From an uncultured Bacilli bacterium (lineage in GTDB: Bacteria; Bacillota_I; Bacilli_A; RF39; UBA660): a DNA stretch of 42,844 nucleotides. Shown here one piece after another: positions 26,437-37,308 of this stretch. A model generated the notes under the pieces. It searched no databases, was not told the origin of the DNA, and saw nothing but the letters and a program-made list of their open reading frames with translations. Position 1 is the first letter of the stretch. The number at the start of each line of letters is the position of its first letter. The position numbers and the translations under genes are program-made. Location of the stretch: contig CANPVK010000003.1 of NCBI GenBank assembly GCA_947581715.1, positions 1 through 42,844 on the forward strand, given 5' to 3'.

Positions 26437-27684
26437 ATGATAAACTATGATGTAGAAAAAATACCAATTGTTGATTTGGTAAATAAAATTATTATAACTG
26501 GAGTAAGAAGTAGAGCATCCGATATTCATTTTGATCCAATGGAAGATGGATTAAAAATTAGAATGCGTATTGATGGAGAATTAAGAGATCACGCTATCAT
26601 TCCCAAAGCTTCAGAAAGAAACTTAATTACAAGAGTCAAATTAATAGCAGGAATGAATATTACAGAAAACAGATTACCACAAGATGGTGCCATTAAAGGA
26701 AAAATTGATAATCTAGAATTAGATATGCGTGTATCTGTTATTCCAACCAATGAAGGAGAAAAAGCAGTGATCCGTATTTTAGATTACACAATGAGTCTAG
26801 AAGGATTAAAAAATTTAGATTTCTCTCCAGAAAATTATAAAAAAGTAGAAAAGATGCTAACCGTTCCTAACGGAATTATTTTAGTAACTGGTGCAACTGG
26901 ATCTGGTAAATCGACAACTACTTATTCCATGCTTCAAGAATTAAATAATGAAGAAAGAAATATTATTACAGTAGAAGACCCAATCGAAATGAACATTGAA
27001 GGAATTAACCAAGTTCAAGTAAATTCTGAAATCGGTTTAACTTTTGCTAACGTTTTACGTTCTATTTTAAGACAAGACCCAAATATTATTCTAATTGGAG
27101 AAATCCGTGATTCAGAAACAGCCCAAATTGCAGTACGTGCATCTATTACAGGTCACTTAGTATTATCAACAATCCATACCAATAATTCCTTAAGCACTAT
27201 TGAAAGATTACTAGATATGGATGTAGAAAGATATCTATTATCCAGTGCTTTAGAAGGAATTGTTTCCCAAAAACTAGCTAGACGCCTTTGTAAAAAGTGT
27301 AGAAAATTAAGACCAACTACTCCACTAGAAAAACAAATATTTAAAACAGCACTTGGAAAAAATATTATTGAAATTTGGGATACTGGAAAATGTGAGGAAT
27401 GTAATAATGGATATCGCGGTCGTATTGCTATCCAAGAAGTACTATTAATTAATGAGGAATTACGAGATCAATTAAGTAATGAAAAATTAAAAAAAGAAGA
27501 TTTAAGAGAAATGGTATATGGAAAAGGCCATGTTACCACGATGCTACAAGATGGATTAGAGAAAGTACTAAAAGGATATACTACTTTTGAAGAAATATAT
27601 AAATTAATTGAAGTAGAAGATGAATTAGACAATGAAATAAAAGTAAATGAATACATAGCAAATGAAGCAAATGAAAAAAAGTAG
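26437..27684 (+). CDS. GspE/PulE-family pilus assembly ATPase (PilB/ComGA-like)
   Basis: ASDIHFDP, RLPQDG, GATGSGKSTT, TVEDPIE, LRQDPNIILIGEIRD, TGHLVLSTIH, CxxC...CxxC, GYRGRIAI. Confidence 0.92.
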   Translation: MINYDVEKIPIVDLVNKIIITGVRSRASDIHFDPMEDGLKIRMRIDGELRDHAIIPKASERNLITRVKLIAGMNITENRLPQDGAIKGKIDNLELDMRVSVIPTNEGEKAVIRILDYTMSLEGLKNLDFSPENYKKVEKMLTVPNGIILVTGATGSGKSTTTYSMLQELNNEERNIITVEDPIEMNIEGINQVQVNSEIGLTFANVLRSILRQDPNIILIGEIRDSETAQIAVRASITGHLVLSTIHTNNSLSTIERLLDMDVERYLLSSALEGIVSQKLARRLCKKCRKLRPTTPLEKQIFKTALGKNIIEIWDTGKCEECNNGYRGRIAIQEVLLINEELRDQLSNEKLKKEDLREMVYGKGHVTTMLQDGLEKVLKGYTTFEEIYKLIEVEDELDNEIKVNEYIANEANEKK

Positions 27685-27703
27685 GATCAATACCTACTTT
27701 TTT
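27675..27703. terminator. Bidirectional intrinsic terminator
   Basis: aaaaaagtagg / cctactttttt 11-bp stem between the convergent ATPase and GH3 genes. Confidence 0.85.
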
Positions 27704-28912
27704 CTATTGGGATGACGATTCATTTGAAATTTGCTGAATAATTGCTTGCTGTGAATCGTTATTTAAATAACTAGAATCTAATAATTGATAATCTTTTAAA
27801 TAAGTATACTTAAAAGTTAAAATTTTTTCAACGGATTCATTTATTCTTTCTTCACTGATATTTTTTTGAATAATAGATACTGCATTTCTACTCCCATTTG
27901 GCATTAATAATAAGTCTACTCCTGCCTCAATTGCTTTTATATAAATCTCTTCATAAGAATAATTTTTTGTTAAAGCCCCCATATTTAAAGCATCTGTTAC
28001 CACTAACCCCTGAAATCCTAAATCTTTCTTCAAAATATCTGTCACAATTGTTTTGGATAAAGAAGTAGGAATATTACTACCAGTAATATTAGGTAAAGCA
28101 AGATGTCCAACCATGATAATCTTCGCATCATTTTCAATCGCCTGCTGAAATGGTATCAATTCTAAATTTTTTAATTCTTCATAACTTTTCGTAATAATAG
28201 GTAAAGCACTATGAGAATCCGTAGCAGTATCCCCATGCCCTGGAAAATGTTTGTAAGTAGCAATAATTCCATTATCTTCCAAACCTCTTGCTAAAGAACA
28301 AGACATGTTAGATACAAGTTCAGGAGTACTTCCAAAACTTCTTTTACCAATTACCGTATTGTTAGGATTAGAGTAAATATCAACGACAGGAGCAAAAGTA
28401 ACATTTACTCCAAGTGTCTTTAATTGCTCTGCCATTACTTTACCAACACGATACGCTAATTCGCTATCTCCCATATTTCCTAAATCATACATATAAGGAA
28501 TATAAAGAGGATTTTTATCAGTTAAATACTGTAATCTCTGTACATTTCCACCTTCCTGATCGATAGTAATCATCATCGGAATTTTACTAAATTGTTGCAA
28601 GTCTGAGATAAATTTTACAGTATTGTCATAAGTAGTAATATTTTCTTTCATTAAAATAAAACCACCAGGTTTTACTTCTTCTATCGTTTTCTTTAAAAAA
28701 TCATCCACCGTACTATTGGAATAATAAACAATCAACATTTGCCCTATTTTTTCTTCTAATGTCATTTGAGCCATTGTATTTTTTACTCTCTCCGATATAG
28801 TTAGTTCAAAAGAATTTGTTTCTGAACTTTTTTTAGGAAAAAAAGAAATGAAAAAAACACTAGTAAAACCAACAACAACAATAAAAACAATAACCAACAA
28901 AATTTTTTTCAT
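27704..28912 (-). CDS. Membrane-anchored GH3 beta-N-acetylhexosaminidase (NagZ-like)
   Basis: N-terminal TM, MTLEEKIGQML, IDQEGGNVQRL, KHFPGHG.T..DSH, VTDALNMGA. Confidence 0.88.
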   Translation of the reverse strand: MKKILLVIVFIVVVGFTSVFFISFFPKKSSETNSFELTISERVKNTMAQMTLEEKIGQMLIVYYSNSTVDDFLKKTIEEVKPGGFILMKENITTYDNTVKFISDLQQFSKIPMMITIDQEGGNVQRLQYLTDKNPLYIPYMYDLGNMGDSELAYRVGKVMAEQLKTLGVNVTFAPVVDIYSNPNNTVIGKRSFGSTPELVSNMSCSLARGLEDNGIIATYKHFPGHGDTATDSHSALPIITKSYEELKNLELIPFQQAIENDAKIIMVGHLALPNITGSNIPTSLSKTIVTDILKKDLGFQGLVVTDALNMGALTKNYSYEEIYIKAIEAGVDLLLMPNGSRNAVSIIQKNISEERINESVEKILTFKYTYLKDYQLLDSSYLNNDSQQAIIQQISNESSSQ

Positions 28913-29137
28913 AAATGATAATATAAAAAATCCCTAAAAATGCGAAAATACACTCTAATGGATAGTCCCTTTCTATATAATTTGATAAAGATTAAAATAA
29001 GAAATTGATAAGTATATCACATACACCACTGAATAGAAATTTAACCTTATCTATAATATATTCTACCACAATTCAACAAATAAGTATTAAAAACTTTTTA
29101 ATCCTATTGAATCATATCTAAATTTTTCCGCAATAAT

Positions 29138-29164
29138 CACAAATTATTTTAAGATTCATATAAT
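29138..29164 (+). promoter_or_regulatory. sigmaK-like promoter of the YqfQ-like gene
   Basis: AC-16 bp-CATATAAT upstream of an AAAGGAG RBS (the -10 also fits sigmaA). Confidence 0.4.
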
Positions 29165-29185
29165 AAAGTAAAGGAGTTGGTAGTT

Positions 29186-29626
29186 TTGTTCGGTAATGGT
29201 TTTTATCAGCCTTATTTATATCAGCCATACTTTCAAGCTGCTAGAATGGCAAATGGTTTAGGAAATATGGCAAATGCCAGCAATTTAGGGGCAACTGGAT
29301 TACGAGGTATTTTCAGTGGAGGAAAAAACTTATTAGGAAAATTCAGTTTTAGTGGTTTTTTAAATGGTGCTAGTAAAACATTAAACGTTGTGAATCAAGC
29401 AATTCCTATTTTTTATCAGGTACGACCTATGTTTCATAATGCCAAAACGATGTTTAAAATTTTAGGAGCTGTGAAAGATGATAAACCACTTACCACATCA
29501 CCTGCGAAAGACCAAAATAATAGAAATGATTCACAGGTAGCAACTAATACTTATACTTCTAACAACATACAAAATGATTCCATTCATCAAAATCCTACAT
29601 TAGAAAATCCCACTTTTTTTATATAA
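29186..29626 (+). CDS. YqfQ/VrrA-family sporulation-associated protein
   Basis: Gly-rich N-terminus then FLNGASKTLNVVNQAIPIFYQVRPMFHNAKTMFKI and low-complexity tail; located next to trmK as in Bacillus; TTG 29186 is best placed to the RBS. Confidence 0.7.
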   Translation: MFGNGFYQPYLYQPYFQAARMANGLGNMANASNLGATGLRGIFSGGKNLLGKFSFSGFLNGASKTLNVVNQAIPIFYQVRPMFHNAKTMFKILGAVKDDKPLTTSPAKDQNNRNDSQVATNTYTSNNIQNDSIHQNPTLENPTFFI

Positions 29627-29632
29627 AAAGAA

Positions 29633-30310
29633 CTAAAGTATTTTTAAAATCACTTTTAGCTCTTTTTTTAATTCTAATCTTCTAAAAATATACTTCTTAG
29701 GAAGTACAAGAAGAAGTTTTTCGATTCGCTCTTTTTCTTTTTGTAAATATTCTATAAATAAAGGATTTTTATGATTCTTTAAGATGGGACCATACAAATA
29801 ATCATCTGCATGATATTTTCTTTTTCCCCTTTGAAAACAAAGAATAGGATAAATATTTTGATTTTCTTTCACCAATTTTTCATCACTAATATAAAAACCT
29901 AATTTGGTAACTTCTTTTCTTACTTGATCCACATCATGATTGGGAGAAAGAATAAGTTTTTTTACATTTTGATAACGTTCTTTTTGATACTTTAAAATCC
30001 CAACAATATGAAATCCACCCATTCCAGAAATAATAATGGTATCAATATCATTCTCAATTGGTTCAACACCATTTCCCAATTTTAAAATAATACTATCTTC
30101 AACATGATATTTCTGTATATTTTCTTTAGCGCGCTTTAAAGGTCCTTCCTTATTATCAGAAGCAATCACTTTTTTCATATTTTTATTTTGGACTAAGTAA
30201 ATATCCAAAAAAGCATGATCACATCCAATATCTATGATAGAAGAATTTTCTTCTACCAAATTAGAAATCTCTTTTAATCGTTCATTCAACTGAATTCTCA
30301 ACTTTTTCAC
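29633..30310 (-). CDS. trmK: tRNA (adenine(22)-N1)-methyltransferase
   Basis: L.ERL..I, DIGCDHAFL, GPL..A, IIISGMGG; downstream of sigA. Confidence 0.92.
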   Translation of the reverse strand: MKKLRIQLNERLKEISNLVEENSSIIDIGCDHAFLDIYLVQNKNMKKVIASDNKEGPLKRAKENIQKYHVEDSIILKLGNGVEPIENDIDTIIISGMGGFHIVGILKYQKERYQNVKKLILSPNHDVDQVRKEVTKLGFYISDEKLVKENQNIYPILCFQRGKRKYHADDYLYGPILKNHKNPLFIEYLQKEKERIEKLLLVLPKKYIFRRLELKKELKVILKIL

Positions 30311-30331
30311 CTCAATTAAAATTTTTAATCT

Positions 30332-31417
30332 TTAATTGGTCAAAAAGTCTTTTAATTTTCTACTTCTAGAAGGATGTCTTAATTTGCGAAGTGCTTTTGC
30401 TTCAATTTGACGTATTCTTTCCCTTGTTACTCCAAAAATTTGACCTACTTCTTCCAAAGTTCTACATTGCCCATCATCTAAGCCAAAACGAAGTCTTAAT
30501 ACTCTCTCTTCCCTATCTGTTAAAGTAAGTAATACACCACTTAATTCTTCTTTTAACATTTCACTCGTAGCATATTCTTCTGGGGACATAGTTCTTTCAT
30601 CTTTAATAAAATCACCTAAATGAGAATCATCTTCTTCCCCAATCGGAGTTTCTAAGGATACAGGGTCTTGACTGATTTTATAAACTTCACGTACTTTATC
30701 TACACTAATTCCTAATTTTTTTGCCACTTCTTCATCGGTCGGTTCACGATTAAATTCTTGTGTTAATTGTCGCTGAACACGAGCAAGTTTATTAATCGTT
30801 TCTACCATATGAACAGGAACACGAATCGTTCTAGCTTGATCTGCAATTGCACGAGTAATGGCTTGACGAATCCACCAAGTAGCATAAGTAGAAAATTTAA
30901 ACCCTTTTGATGGATCATATTTTTCAACAGCCTTCATTAAGCCAATATTTCCCTCTTGAATTAAATCTAAAAACAACATTCCACGACCTACATAACGTTT
31001 AGCAATTGATACAACTAAACGAAGATTAGACTCAGCAAGCATTTTTTTAGCATATTCATCCCCTTGCTCAGCAAGTAAGGCATATTCATATTCCTCATCA
31101 GAAGTTAATAAATTGATACGACCAATCTCTTTTAAATACATTCTAACAGGATCATTAATTTTAATATCTTTAGATAATACAAAATCATCCAAAGAATCAA
31201 TTCCTCCATCCTCGTCATCATCACTTTCTTCTTGCTCTGAAGTAATATCAATATTATTTTCTACTAAGAAGTTATATAAATCATCTAAAGAATCACTATC
31301 AACATCCAATCCTTTTAATTCTTCTGCTAATTGCTCATAGGTAATAAACCCATTTTGCTTACCCAACTGTAATAAAGTATTTTTTCTTTCTTCAAAAGTC
31401 TTAATTTCCTTTGTCAT
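30332..31417 (-). CDS. rpoD: RNA polymerase primary sigma factor
   Basis: [65 protein letters not shown]. Confidence 0.98.
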   Translation of the reverse strand: MTKEIKTFEERKNTLLQLGKQNGFITYEQLAEELKGLDVDSDSLDDLYNFLVENNIDITSEQEESDDDEDGGIDSLDDFVLSKDIKINDPVRMYLKEIGRINLLTSDEEYEYALLAEQGDEYAKKMLAESNLRLVVSIAKRYVGRGMLFLDLIQEGNIGLMKAVEKYDPSKGFKFSTYATWWIRQAITRAIADQARTIRVPVHMVETINKLARVQRQLTQEFNREPTDEEVAKKLGISVDKVREVYKISQDPVSLETPIGEEDDSHLGDFIKDERTMSPEEYATSEMLKEELSGVLLTLTDREERVLRLRFGLDDGQCRTLEEVGQIFGVTRERIRQIEAKALRKLRHPSRSRKLKDFLTN

Positions 31418-31421
31418 TCTT

Positions 31422-33182
31422 TCAACTCCCTAATTTTTCATTCCTATTTTCTTTTAGAAGTGCAATCTTTAAAGCAATTTCAGCTTGTTTCATTACATCA
31501 TTTTCTTGTTTCATCAATTTTTCTAGTCGATTTCTTTCTTGGTTTTTCTGATATTCTTTCAAAACATTGATGTAATCTAAAATTACCATATCATCTACCT
31601 GTTGATCTAAATTTAAAGCTAATACATCATTTAGTACCTTTTTTAATTTATCATTATTTTCTAAGTAGGTATAAAAGTCTGCTGGAGTTATTATACCATA
31701 TTTTTGATCATAATACGAGATTTCACTAGCTAAAAATCTCTCCTCTTCCCTAGGAAAATTGATTTTCCCTTCATTATAGTAGTTCAAACATCTTTTATCA
31801 ACCAACATATAGTATAATAACGCATAGGCCGCTAAATCGTATTTATCTTTTTTCTCCTTATTTTTCTCAACTACTATAAATTCATTTCTTTTCTGTTTCT
31901 TTGTATCCAGTTCTTTCTGATTCAATAAGGATAATAATCTTTTTTCTAGGGTATTATAACTTATATTAAATTCATTTGCAAGCTTTTTTAAAATAAATTC
32001 ACGATGAATTTCATCTTCTATTTTACTAGTCTCGACTAAAACACTTTGAATATACTCTGATTTTTCTAAATCACTACTTAAATCTATATTCTTTTTTAAG
32101 ACTTTTATTCTATAATCGCTTAAAGTTATTGCATTTTTTACTAAATTACGAAAAGATTCTTCACCAAATTTTAAAATATAGTCATCTGGGTCTAATCCAT
32201 CCTCCAATTGTACAACAGACACTTGGCATCCTAACTTTTCCAGTTCTAAACCATTATCCAAACAAGCTTTTCTACCAGGTTCATCCCCATCAAAACAAAC
32301 AACTACATTTTCCGATAATCTTCGAATTAGTTTCGATTGTTCCTTGGTCATAGCTGTTCCCATTAACCCAACTGCATTGTGAATTCCAGCTTCTTTAGAA
32401 CGAATTACGGCCATAAATCCTTCCATTACAATAATTTGATTTTTACTTCTAGCAAACTCCCTAGCTTCATGATAATTATATAGAATATCCCCTTTTTGAA
32501 ATATTGGAGTCCCTTTCGTATTTACATATTTATTTTCCTTTTTTCCATCATATCTTCTTCCAGAAAAGCCCACTACCCTTCCTTCTAAATCATATAATGG
32601 AAAAATAATACGATTCATATAGACATCTTTATCAAAATTGGTTAATCCAAAATCATTCAAAGTTGTCAAATCATATCCTTTACTTAATAAAAGCTTTGTA
32701 AGATGATCTAACCGATCTAAACTGAAACCTATTTTATACTTTATAATCATTTCTTCTGTTATTTTTCGATTCAATAAATATTCTTTGGCTTTTTTCGCAT
32801 AACTACTATTCATATTATTCTGATAGTACTTATGAGCAAGCTCATAAAGTTCATAATATTTTTCATTTTTATTATTTTTTTTAGAAACAGTGATTCCATT
32901 CCATTCAATGCCTGCTTTTTCTGCTACAATCCGTAATGATTCTGGAAAAGAAACATGCTCATAATCCATTACAAAATTAAAGACATTTCCACTAGCACCA
33001 CAAGAAAAACAACGATAAATTTGTTTTTCCCTTGATACACTCATAGAAGGATTCGTATCATCATGAAAAGGACAAACCCCAAAAAAATTTTTTCCTCTTT
33101 GCTTTAGAGGAATATATCTAGAAATAACATCTACAATATCTACTTTTCCACGAAATTCATTGATTGTACTGATACTATCCAT
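31422..33182 (-). CDS. dnaG: DNA primase
   Basis: CPFHDD.NPS..CFSC zinc finger, GFSGR, KYVNT, MEGFM, FDGDEPG, DPDD. Confidence 0.96.
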   Translation of the reverse strand: MDSISTINEFRGKVDIVDVISRYIPLKQRGKNFFGVCPFHDDTNPSMSVSREKQIYRCFSCGASGNVFNFVMDYEHVSFPESLRIVAEKAGIEWNGITVSKKNNKNEKYYELYELAHKYYQNNMNSSYAKKAKEYLLNRKITEEMIIKYKIGFSLDRLDHLTKLLLSKGYDLTTLNDFGLTNFDKDVYMNRIIFPLYDLEGRVVGFSGRRYDGKKENKYVNTKGTPIFQKGDILYNYHEAREFARSKNQIIVMEGFMAVIRSKEAGIHNAVGLMGTAMTKEQSKLIRRLSENVVVCFDGDEPGRKACLDNGLELEKLGCQVSVVQLEDGLDPDDYILKFGEESFRNLVKNAITLSDYRIKVLKKNIDLSSDLEKSEYIQSVLVETSKIEDEIHREFILKKLANEFNISYNTLEKRLLSLLNQKELDTKKQKRNEFIVVEKNKEKKDKYDLAAYALLYYMLVDKRCLNYYNEGKINFPREEERFLASEISYYDQKYGIITPADFYTYLENNDKLKKVLNDVLALNLDQQVDDMVILDYINVLKEYQKNQERNRLEKLMKQENDVMKQAEIALKIALLKENRNEKLGS

Positions 33183-33254
33183 TTTTTCCTCCTATGAATG
33201 ATAAAAACTATTCTTCTTTGACAAATCTAATTATAGCACTTTTTATTGCTGATC

Positions 33255-34271
33255 TCAAATTAAACTCCTTCTAGTAAAAGTTTCTATATTTTTATCAATA
33301 TACAGATCAATTTTGCATTTTTCAACTATTTTGATCCAACCAAGTCCGTTCACCACAAGATCTTCTCGATATTTCAATTCATAAGAAGTTTTAGATAAAT
33401 CCTTCAATATTTTCTGTTTTATTGCATTCATTTTTTTTACTTTAAAACCATTTGGTAAATAAAAAGTAAAACTATTTCTTTCCCCCTCTATATAATCAAT
33501 CCTAAGGATTTTATCAACTACTAAACATTGTCCTTTTCGAATTTGATAAGTTTTTGGTTTAATTTCCTTTTTAGGAACTAACTTTTTAATGAAACTATGA
33601 TCTACGTAATTAGCAATATTTCCGCGATCTACTAAACCAGGAGTATCAATTAAAGTAATTTTTTGATCTAAAGGAATTTCTATTGTATTCAAAGTTGTAC
33701 AAGGAAGTGGCGAAATAGTTAATTCTTGATTTAAATCAGAATAATTTTTAATGATTTGATTAATTAAACTACTCTTTCCTGTATTTGTATGACCTACAAC
33801 GTAAATACGATTGGATGTTTTTAATTTTTTTATTTTTTTCATCAATAAATCAATTTGATAATTTTTATTAGCGCTAATAATAACAACATCTTCATAAGGT
33901 AGTCCCAAAGAATGAATATATTCTATAATTTTATCCTCTCTCACACTTTTTGGTAAAGCATCTCTTTTATTTAACACTAAAATCATTTTATTGGATAAAT
34001 ATTTTCGAATAGCACTTAAATCTCTATCAATATTAAATAAATCAACGATATGCAATACTAAATCTTTTGTTTTTCCAACAGATTTTAAAATTTGAATAAA
34101 TTCTTCATTTGATTTCGCTACTACTTGATAATCACCATAATTTTTCATACGAAAACATCTTTGACACAAATTACTTTCTAAATTTGTTACATAACCTTCT
34201 TGAGTAATATTTTCATTTTGCAATAATATTCCACACCCCATACAATATTTCTTTTTACTCATAATACTCAC
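33255..34271 (-). CDS. yqeH: Ribosome biogenesis circularly permuted GTPase YqeH
   Basis: CxxC..CxxC N-terminus, NKRD, GHTNTGKSSLIN, DTPG. Confidence 0.92.
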   Translation of the reverse strand: MSIMSKKKYCMGCGILLQNENITQEGYVTNLESNLCQRCFRMKNYGDYQVVAKSNEEFIQILKSVGKTKDLVLHIVDLFNIDRDLSAIRKYLSNKMILVLNKRDALPKSVREDKIIEYIHSLGLPYEDVVIISANKNYQIDLLMKKIKKLKTSNRIYVVGHTNTGKSSLINQIIKNYSDLNQELTISPLPCTTLNTIEIPLDQKITLIDTPGLVDRGNIANYVDHSFIKKLVPKKEIKPKTYQIRKGQCLVVDKILRIDYIEGERNSFTFYLPNGFKVKKMNAIKQKILKDLSKTSYELKYREDLVVNGLGWIKIVEKCKIDLYIDKNIETFTRRSLI

Positions 34272-34779
34272 CTTTTTTCATTATATTTTTCTTTTCATAA
34301 TAATTTAAAATTTTACGTTCTAAAAATCGATTCAATGAAGTAATTTTCAAATCCTTGGTTCCTAAAGGTTCAACCAATATCGTATGCAAAAAAAAGCGGT
34401 TTCCTCCATAAATATCAGTAATAATTTGATCGCCTATCATACACATTTCCTCTTTTTTCAAACAATACTTCTTTTCAATTTTACGAAATCCCCTTGTAAA
34501 TGGTTTCATAGCATTTGCAACAAAATCACATTTTAACTTCTCTGCATAACTTCGTACACGTTTTGTAACATTATTCGAAATAATCACCAAAATAAAATCT
34601 TTTTTTAAACTTTCAAATAAATCTTTGGTTTCCTTCGTAATTTCTTTTTGATCAATCAAAGCAATCGTATTATCTAGATCAAAAATCAAACATTTGATCT
34701 TTTTCCTTTTTAATTTAGAATAAGGAATATCAAAAATAGATTTTTGATACATTTCAGGATAACACCTCATAAATATCAC
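34255..34779 (-). CDS. yqeG: YqeG HAD IIIA-type phosphatase
   Basis: FDLDNTI, ISNN, AMKP, IGDQIITDIYGGNR; adjacent to yqeH. Confidence 0.92.
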   Translation of the reverse strand: MIFMRCYPEMYQKSIFDIPYSKLKRKKIKCLIFDLDNTIALIDQKEITKETKDLFESLKKDFILVIISNNVTKRVRSYAEKLKCDFVANAMKPFTRGFRKIEKKYCLKKEEMCMIGDQIITDIYGGNRFFLHTILVEPLGTKDLKITSLNRFLERKILNYYEKKNIMKKGEYYE

Positions 34780-34911
34780 CTAATCTCATTATAAATGATT
34801 TTGAAAAGAAGAAAAAGATTCTATTTTATTATTTTATATATTTTTAGAATCTTCCCTATTATATAACTATTATGACTTTGATACTTTCTTTTTCAAATTG
34901 GAAAAGAAAGT

Positions 34912-36456
34912 TTAATTATTAATTCTTTGTCTAATCATATAGGTATCCATATCAATTCGTTCAAAAGTATACCCATTTTCTTTGCCATAATGAATAATAT
35001 CTCGAATAGCATCTCTCGTAGCAATTTTAATATCATGCATTAATACAATATTCATTTTATTTTTAGAAAGATTTTTTGTAACATTTTGATATACTTTTTC
35101 ACGATTCGCCCCAGCAGCATCCCCGGAATCTATATTCCAATCATAATAACGGTATCCTTGACTAAATAAAGCTTCGGATAATTGACTCATAATTCCAATA
35201 CTATAATTTCTACTTACGGTATTACTACTACCTCCTGGAAAGCGAACAATCTTACTAGTCTGACCGGTAATTCTTTTTACCCGATCACTCACAATTTTTA
35301 AGTCATTAAAATAACTATCCATAGAAGCATAAACTTGACTATAATTATGAGATGCTGTATGAAGTGCAACAGTATGTCCTTCATCATACATTCTTTTGAT
35401 TAAATAGTCTGGTCCATTATTCGTTACAAAGAAAGTGGCTTTTACACCTTCTTCTTTTAAAACATTTAGAATATCTCCTGTGGTTACATTACTTGGTCCA
35501 TCATCAAAAGTTAAATAAATGACACCTTTTTGATATGACCCACTATTAGGATCAGTCTTTTCTGAAACAATTACTTTTCTAGTAACTGCCTGTTCGTTTC
35601 CAGCATCATCTTTTATACGATAATTAATCTGATAAGTACCGATTTGCCCAACAGATACTGTTCCAGTTACAATTACTTTTTCTGTTAAATCTTTACTACA
35701 ATTATCTATTGCAGTAAAACCAGGTTCTTGATAAGTTTCGTTAAGTGTTAAATACATTGTTTGATTGCCTTTTAAAGTAATTTCAGGAGGAATTGTATCC
35801 ACATAATGAATTTTTCTTGTAATCGAATATAAATTATGAGAAGAATCTTCTACTGTATAAAGAATCCCTTCCTCGGTTTCTTTTATTTTTACTTTTTCTG
35901 TTAAAGTTCCATCATATTCATCCGTTGCAGCAAAACCAATTTCTTGAAATTTTTCATTGGGACAAACATTATATTCTTCCTCACCTTCTAATTCAATAAC
36001 AGGAGCTTTTTTATCTACTACTTTTACAGTCCTTTCTTTTTTGATTTGAAAGATTCCATCTTTTAGAGAATAAACAATTTGATAAGTACCGATCTTATTA
36101 GGATCAACATTTTCTGTTATCTTTATCTTTTTAGTTAAATCTCTTCCTAAAAATTGAGCAGTTGCTCCTAATTCTTGATAAGTATCAAAATAAGAAATTT
36201 CTATAGTACTATCTCCATTTAATTTGATCTTAGGAACCACCAAATGCAAACAAACAAATAAAACAACGAAAAGGAAAAATAAAATGATAAAGAACACTAA
36301 TTTTTTTTTCTTGGGAGTCAAATCCTTTTTTATTTCAAACCCTAGCTGTTGTAAATCTGGGCCCATTACTTCTTCTTGATTTAATTTTATTTTTTTATTT
36401 TCTACTTTTTTAGCAATAGATTCTTTCTTCTTTTTTACTACTTTCATAACTCTCAC
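34912..36456 (-). CDS. Membrane-anchored polysaccharide deacetylase (CE4) with three DUF5011-like Ig repeats
   Basis: TM, three P.I.L.G...E.G.(T/A)A repeats, YLTFDDGPS, ALHTASH, RFPGGS, DWNIDSGD, LMHD. Confidence 0.88.
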   Translation of the reverse strand: MRVMKVVKKKKESIAKKVENKKIKLNQEEVMGPDLQQLGFEIKKDLTPKKKKLVFFIILFFLFVVLFVCLHLVVPKIKLNGDSTIEISYFDTYQELGATAQFLGRDLTKKIKITENVDPNKIGTYQIVYSLKDGIFQIKKERTVKVVDKKAPVIELEGEEEYNVCPNEKFQEIGFAATDEYDGTLTEKVKIKETEEGILYTVEDSSHNLYSITRKIHYVDTIPPEITLKGNQTMYLTLNETYQEPGFTAIDNCSKDLTEKVIVTGTVSVGQIGTYQINYRIKDDAGNEQAVTRKVIVSEKTDPNSGSYQKGVIYLTFDDGPSNVTTGDILNVLKEEGVKATFFVTNNGPDYLIKRMYDEGHTVALHTASHNYSQVYASMDSYFNDLKIVSDRVKRITGQTSKIVRFPGGSSNTVSRNYSIGIMSQLSEALFSQGYRYYDWNIDSGDAAGANREKVYQNVTKNLSKNKMNIVLMHDIKIATRDAIRDIIHYGKENGYTFERIDMDTYMIRQRINN

Positions 36457-36498
36457 ACTCTAAATATATTCTATCACATAATAATAATCTAAAACAAA

Positions 36499-36533
36499 AA
36501 AAGTATCAAAAGTTTTTGCGATTTGATACTTTT
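36499..36533 (-). terminator. Intrinsic terminator of sigK
   Basis: aaaagtatcaaa / tttgatactttt 12-bp stem. Confidence 0.7.
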
Positions 36534-36540
36534 ATACACT

Positions 36541-37239
36541 TCAATTGATTGATTTATGTTTCATAAATTCTCGTAAAATTTTGGTTAAAGCTCTTTTTTC
36601 AATGCGCGATACATAACTCCTAGAAATTTTTAACTCTTTTGCAATCATTTTTTGAGTTTGTTCTTTTTGATTATTTAAACCATATCTTCTAATGATAATT
36701 TCTTTTTCACGATCATTTAAAACTTGGAAATAATTTTTTAATAATTTAATATTATCTTTTTTATTAATTTCATCCACAAAATCAGGTTTAGGAGCTTTTA
36801 AAATATCTAAAATAGTAATTTCATTCCCTTCCTTATCAAATCCAACAGACTCATTTAATGAAACATTTTTACTATTTTTGTTATTTGCTCTAAAATACAT
36901 TAAAATTTCATTTTCAATACATCTAGCACAATATGTTGTAATTTTTGTTCCGTGTTTATTAGAAAAAGAATCTACTCCCTTAATTAAACCAATTGTCCCT
37001 ATACTAATTAAATCATCCGTATCTTCTACTTTGGTATCGTATTTTTTAACAATATGTGCAACTAATCTTAAATTATGTTCAATCAATTGATTTCTCGCTT
37101 CTTGATTTCCTTTTAAATGTTCTTGAATATAATATTCTTCTTCTTCTTTAGTCAATGGTTCTGGAAATACATTATTTGAATAAGAAGCTGTTAAAATAGA
37201 AAAATTAGAAAAGAAAAACTTTAAAATTTTCTTTAGCAT
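36541..37239 (-). CDS. sigK: Sporulation sigma factor pro-sigmaK (uninterrupted)
   Basis: Pro-sequence MLKKILKFFFSNFSILTASY then NNVFPEPL, EHNLRLVAHIVKKY, DLISIGTIGLIK, CIENEILMYFR, ISRSYVSRIEKRAL. Confidence 0.93.
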   Translation of the reverse strand: MLKKILKFFFSNFSILTASYSNNVFPEPLTKEEEEYYIQEHLKGNQEARNQLIEHNLRLVAHIVKKYDTKVEDTDDLISIGTIGLIKGVDSFSNKHGTKITTYCARCIENEILMYFRANNKNSKNVSLNESVGFDKEGNEITILDILKAPKPDFVDEINKKDNIKLLKNYFQVLNDREKEIIIRRYGLNNQKEQTQKMIAKELKISRSYVSRIEKRALTKILREFMKHKSIN

Positions 37240-37254
37240 TGTACCACCCACTAA

Positions 37255-37282
37255 ATCTTATGTCGAAAAAAAAAGAACATGA
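37255..37282 (-). promoter_or_regulatory. sigmaE-type promoter of sigK
   Basis: Minus strand TCATGTT-13 bp-CATAAGAT; the -10 is identical to that of spoIIM. Confidence 0.6.
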
Positions 37283-37308
37283 AAAAAGAAAGAATTTCTT
37301 CTTTCTAA

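Noticed and set aside
28913-29130. Possible small ORF or gene remnant upstream of the GH3 gene
   Set aside because: The frames I checked are short and interrupted by stops, with no convincing start or homology.
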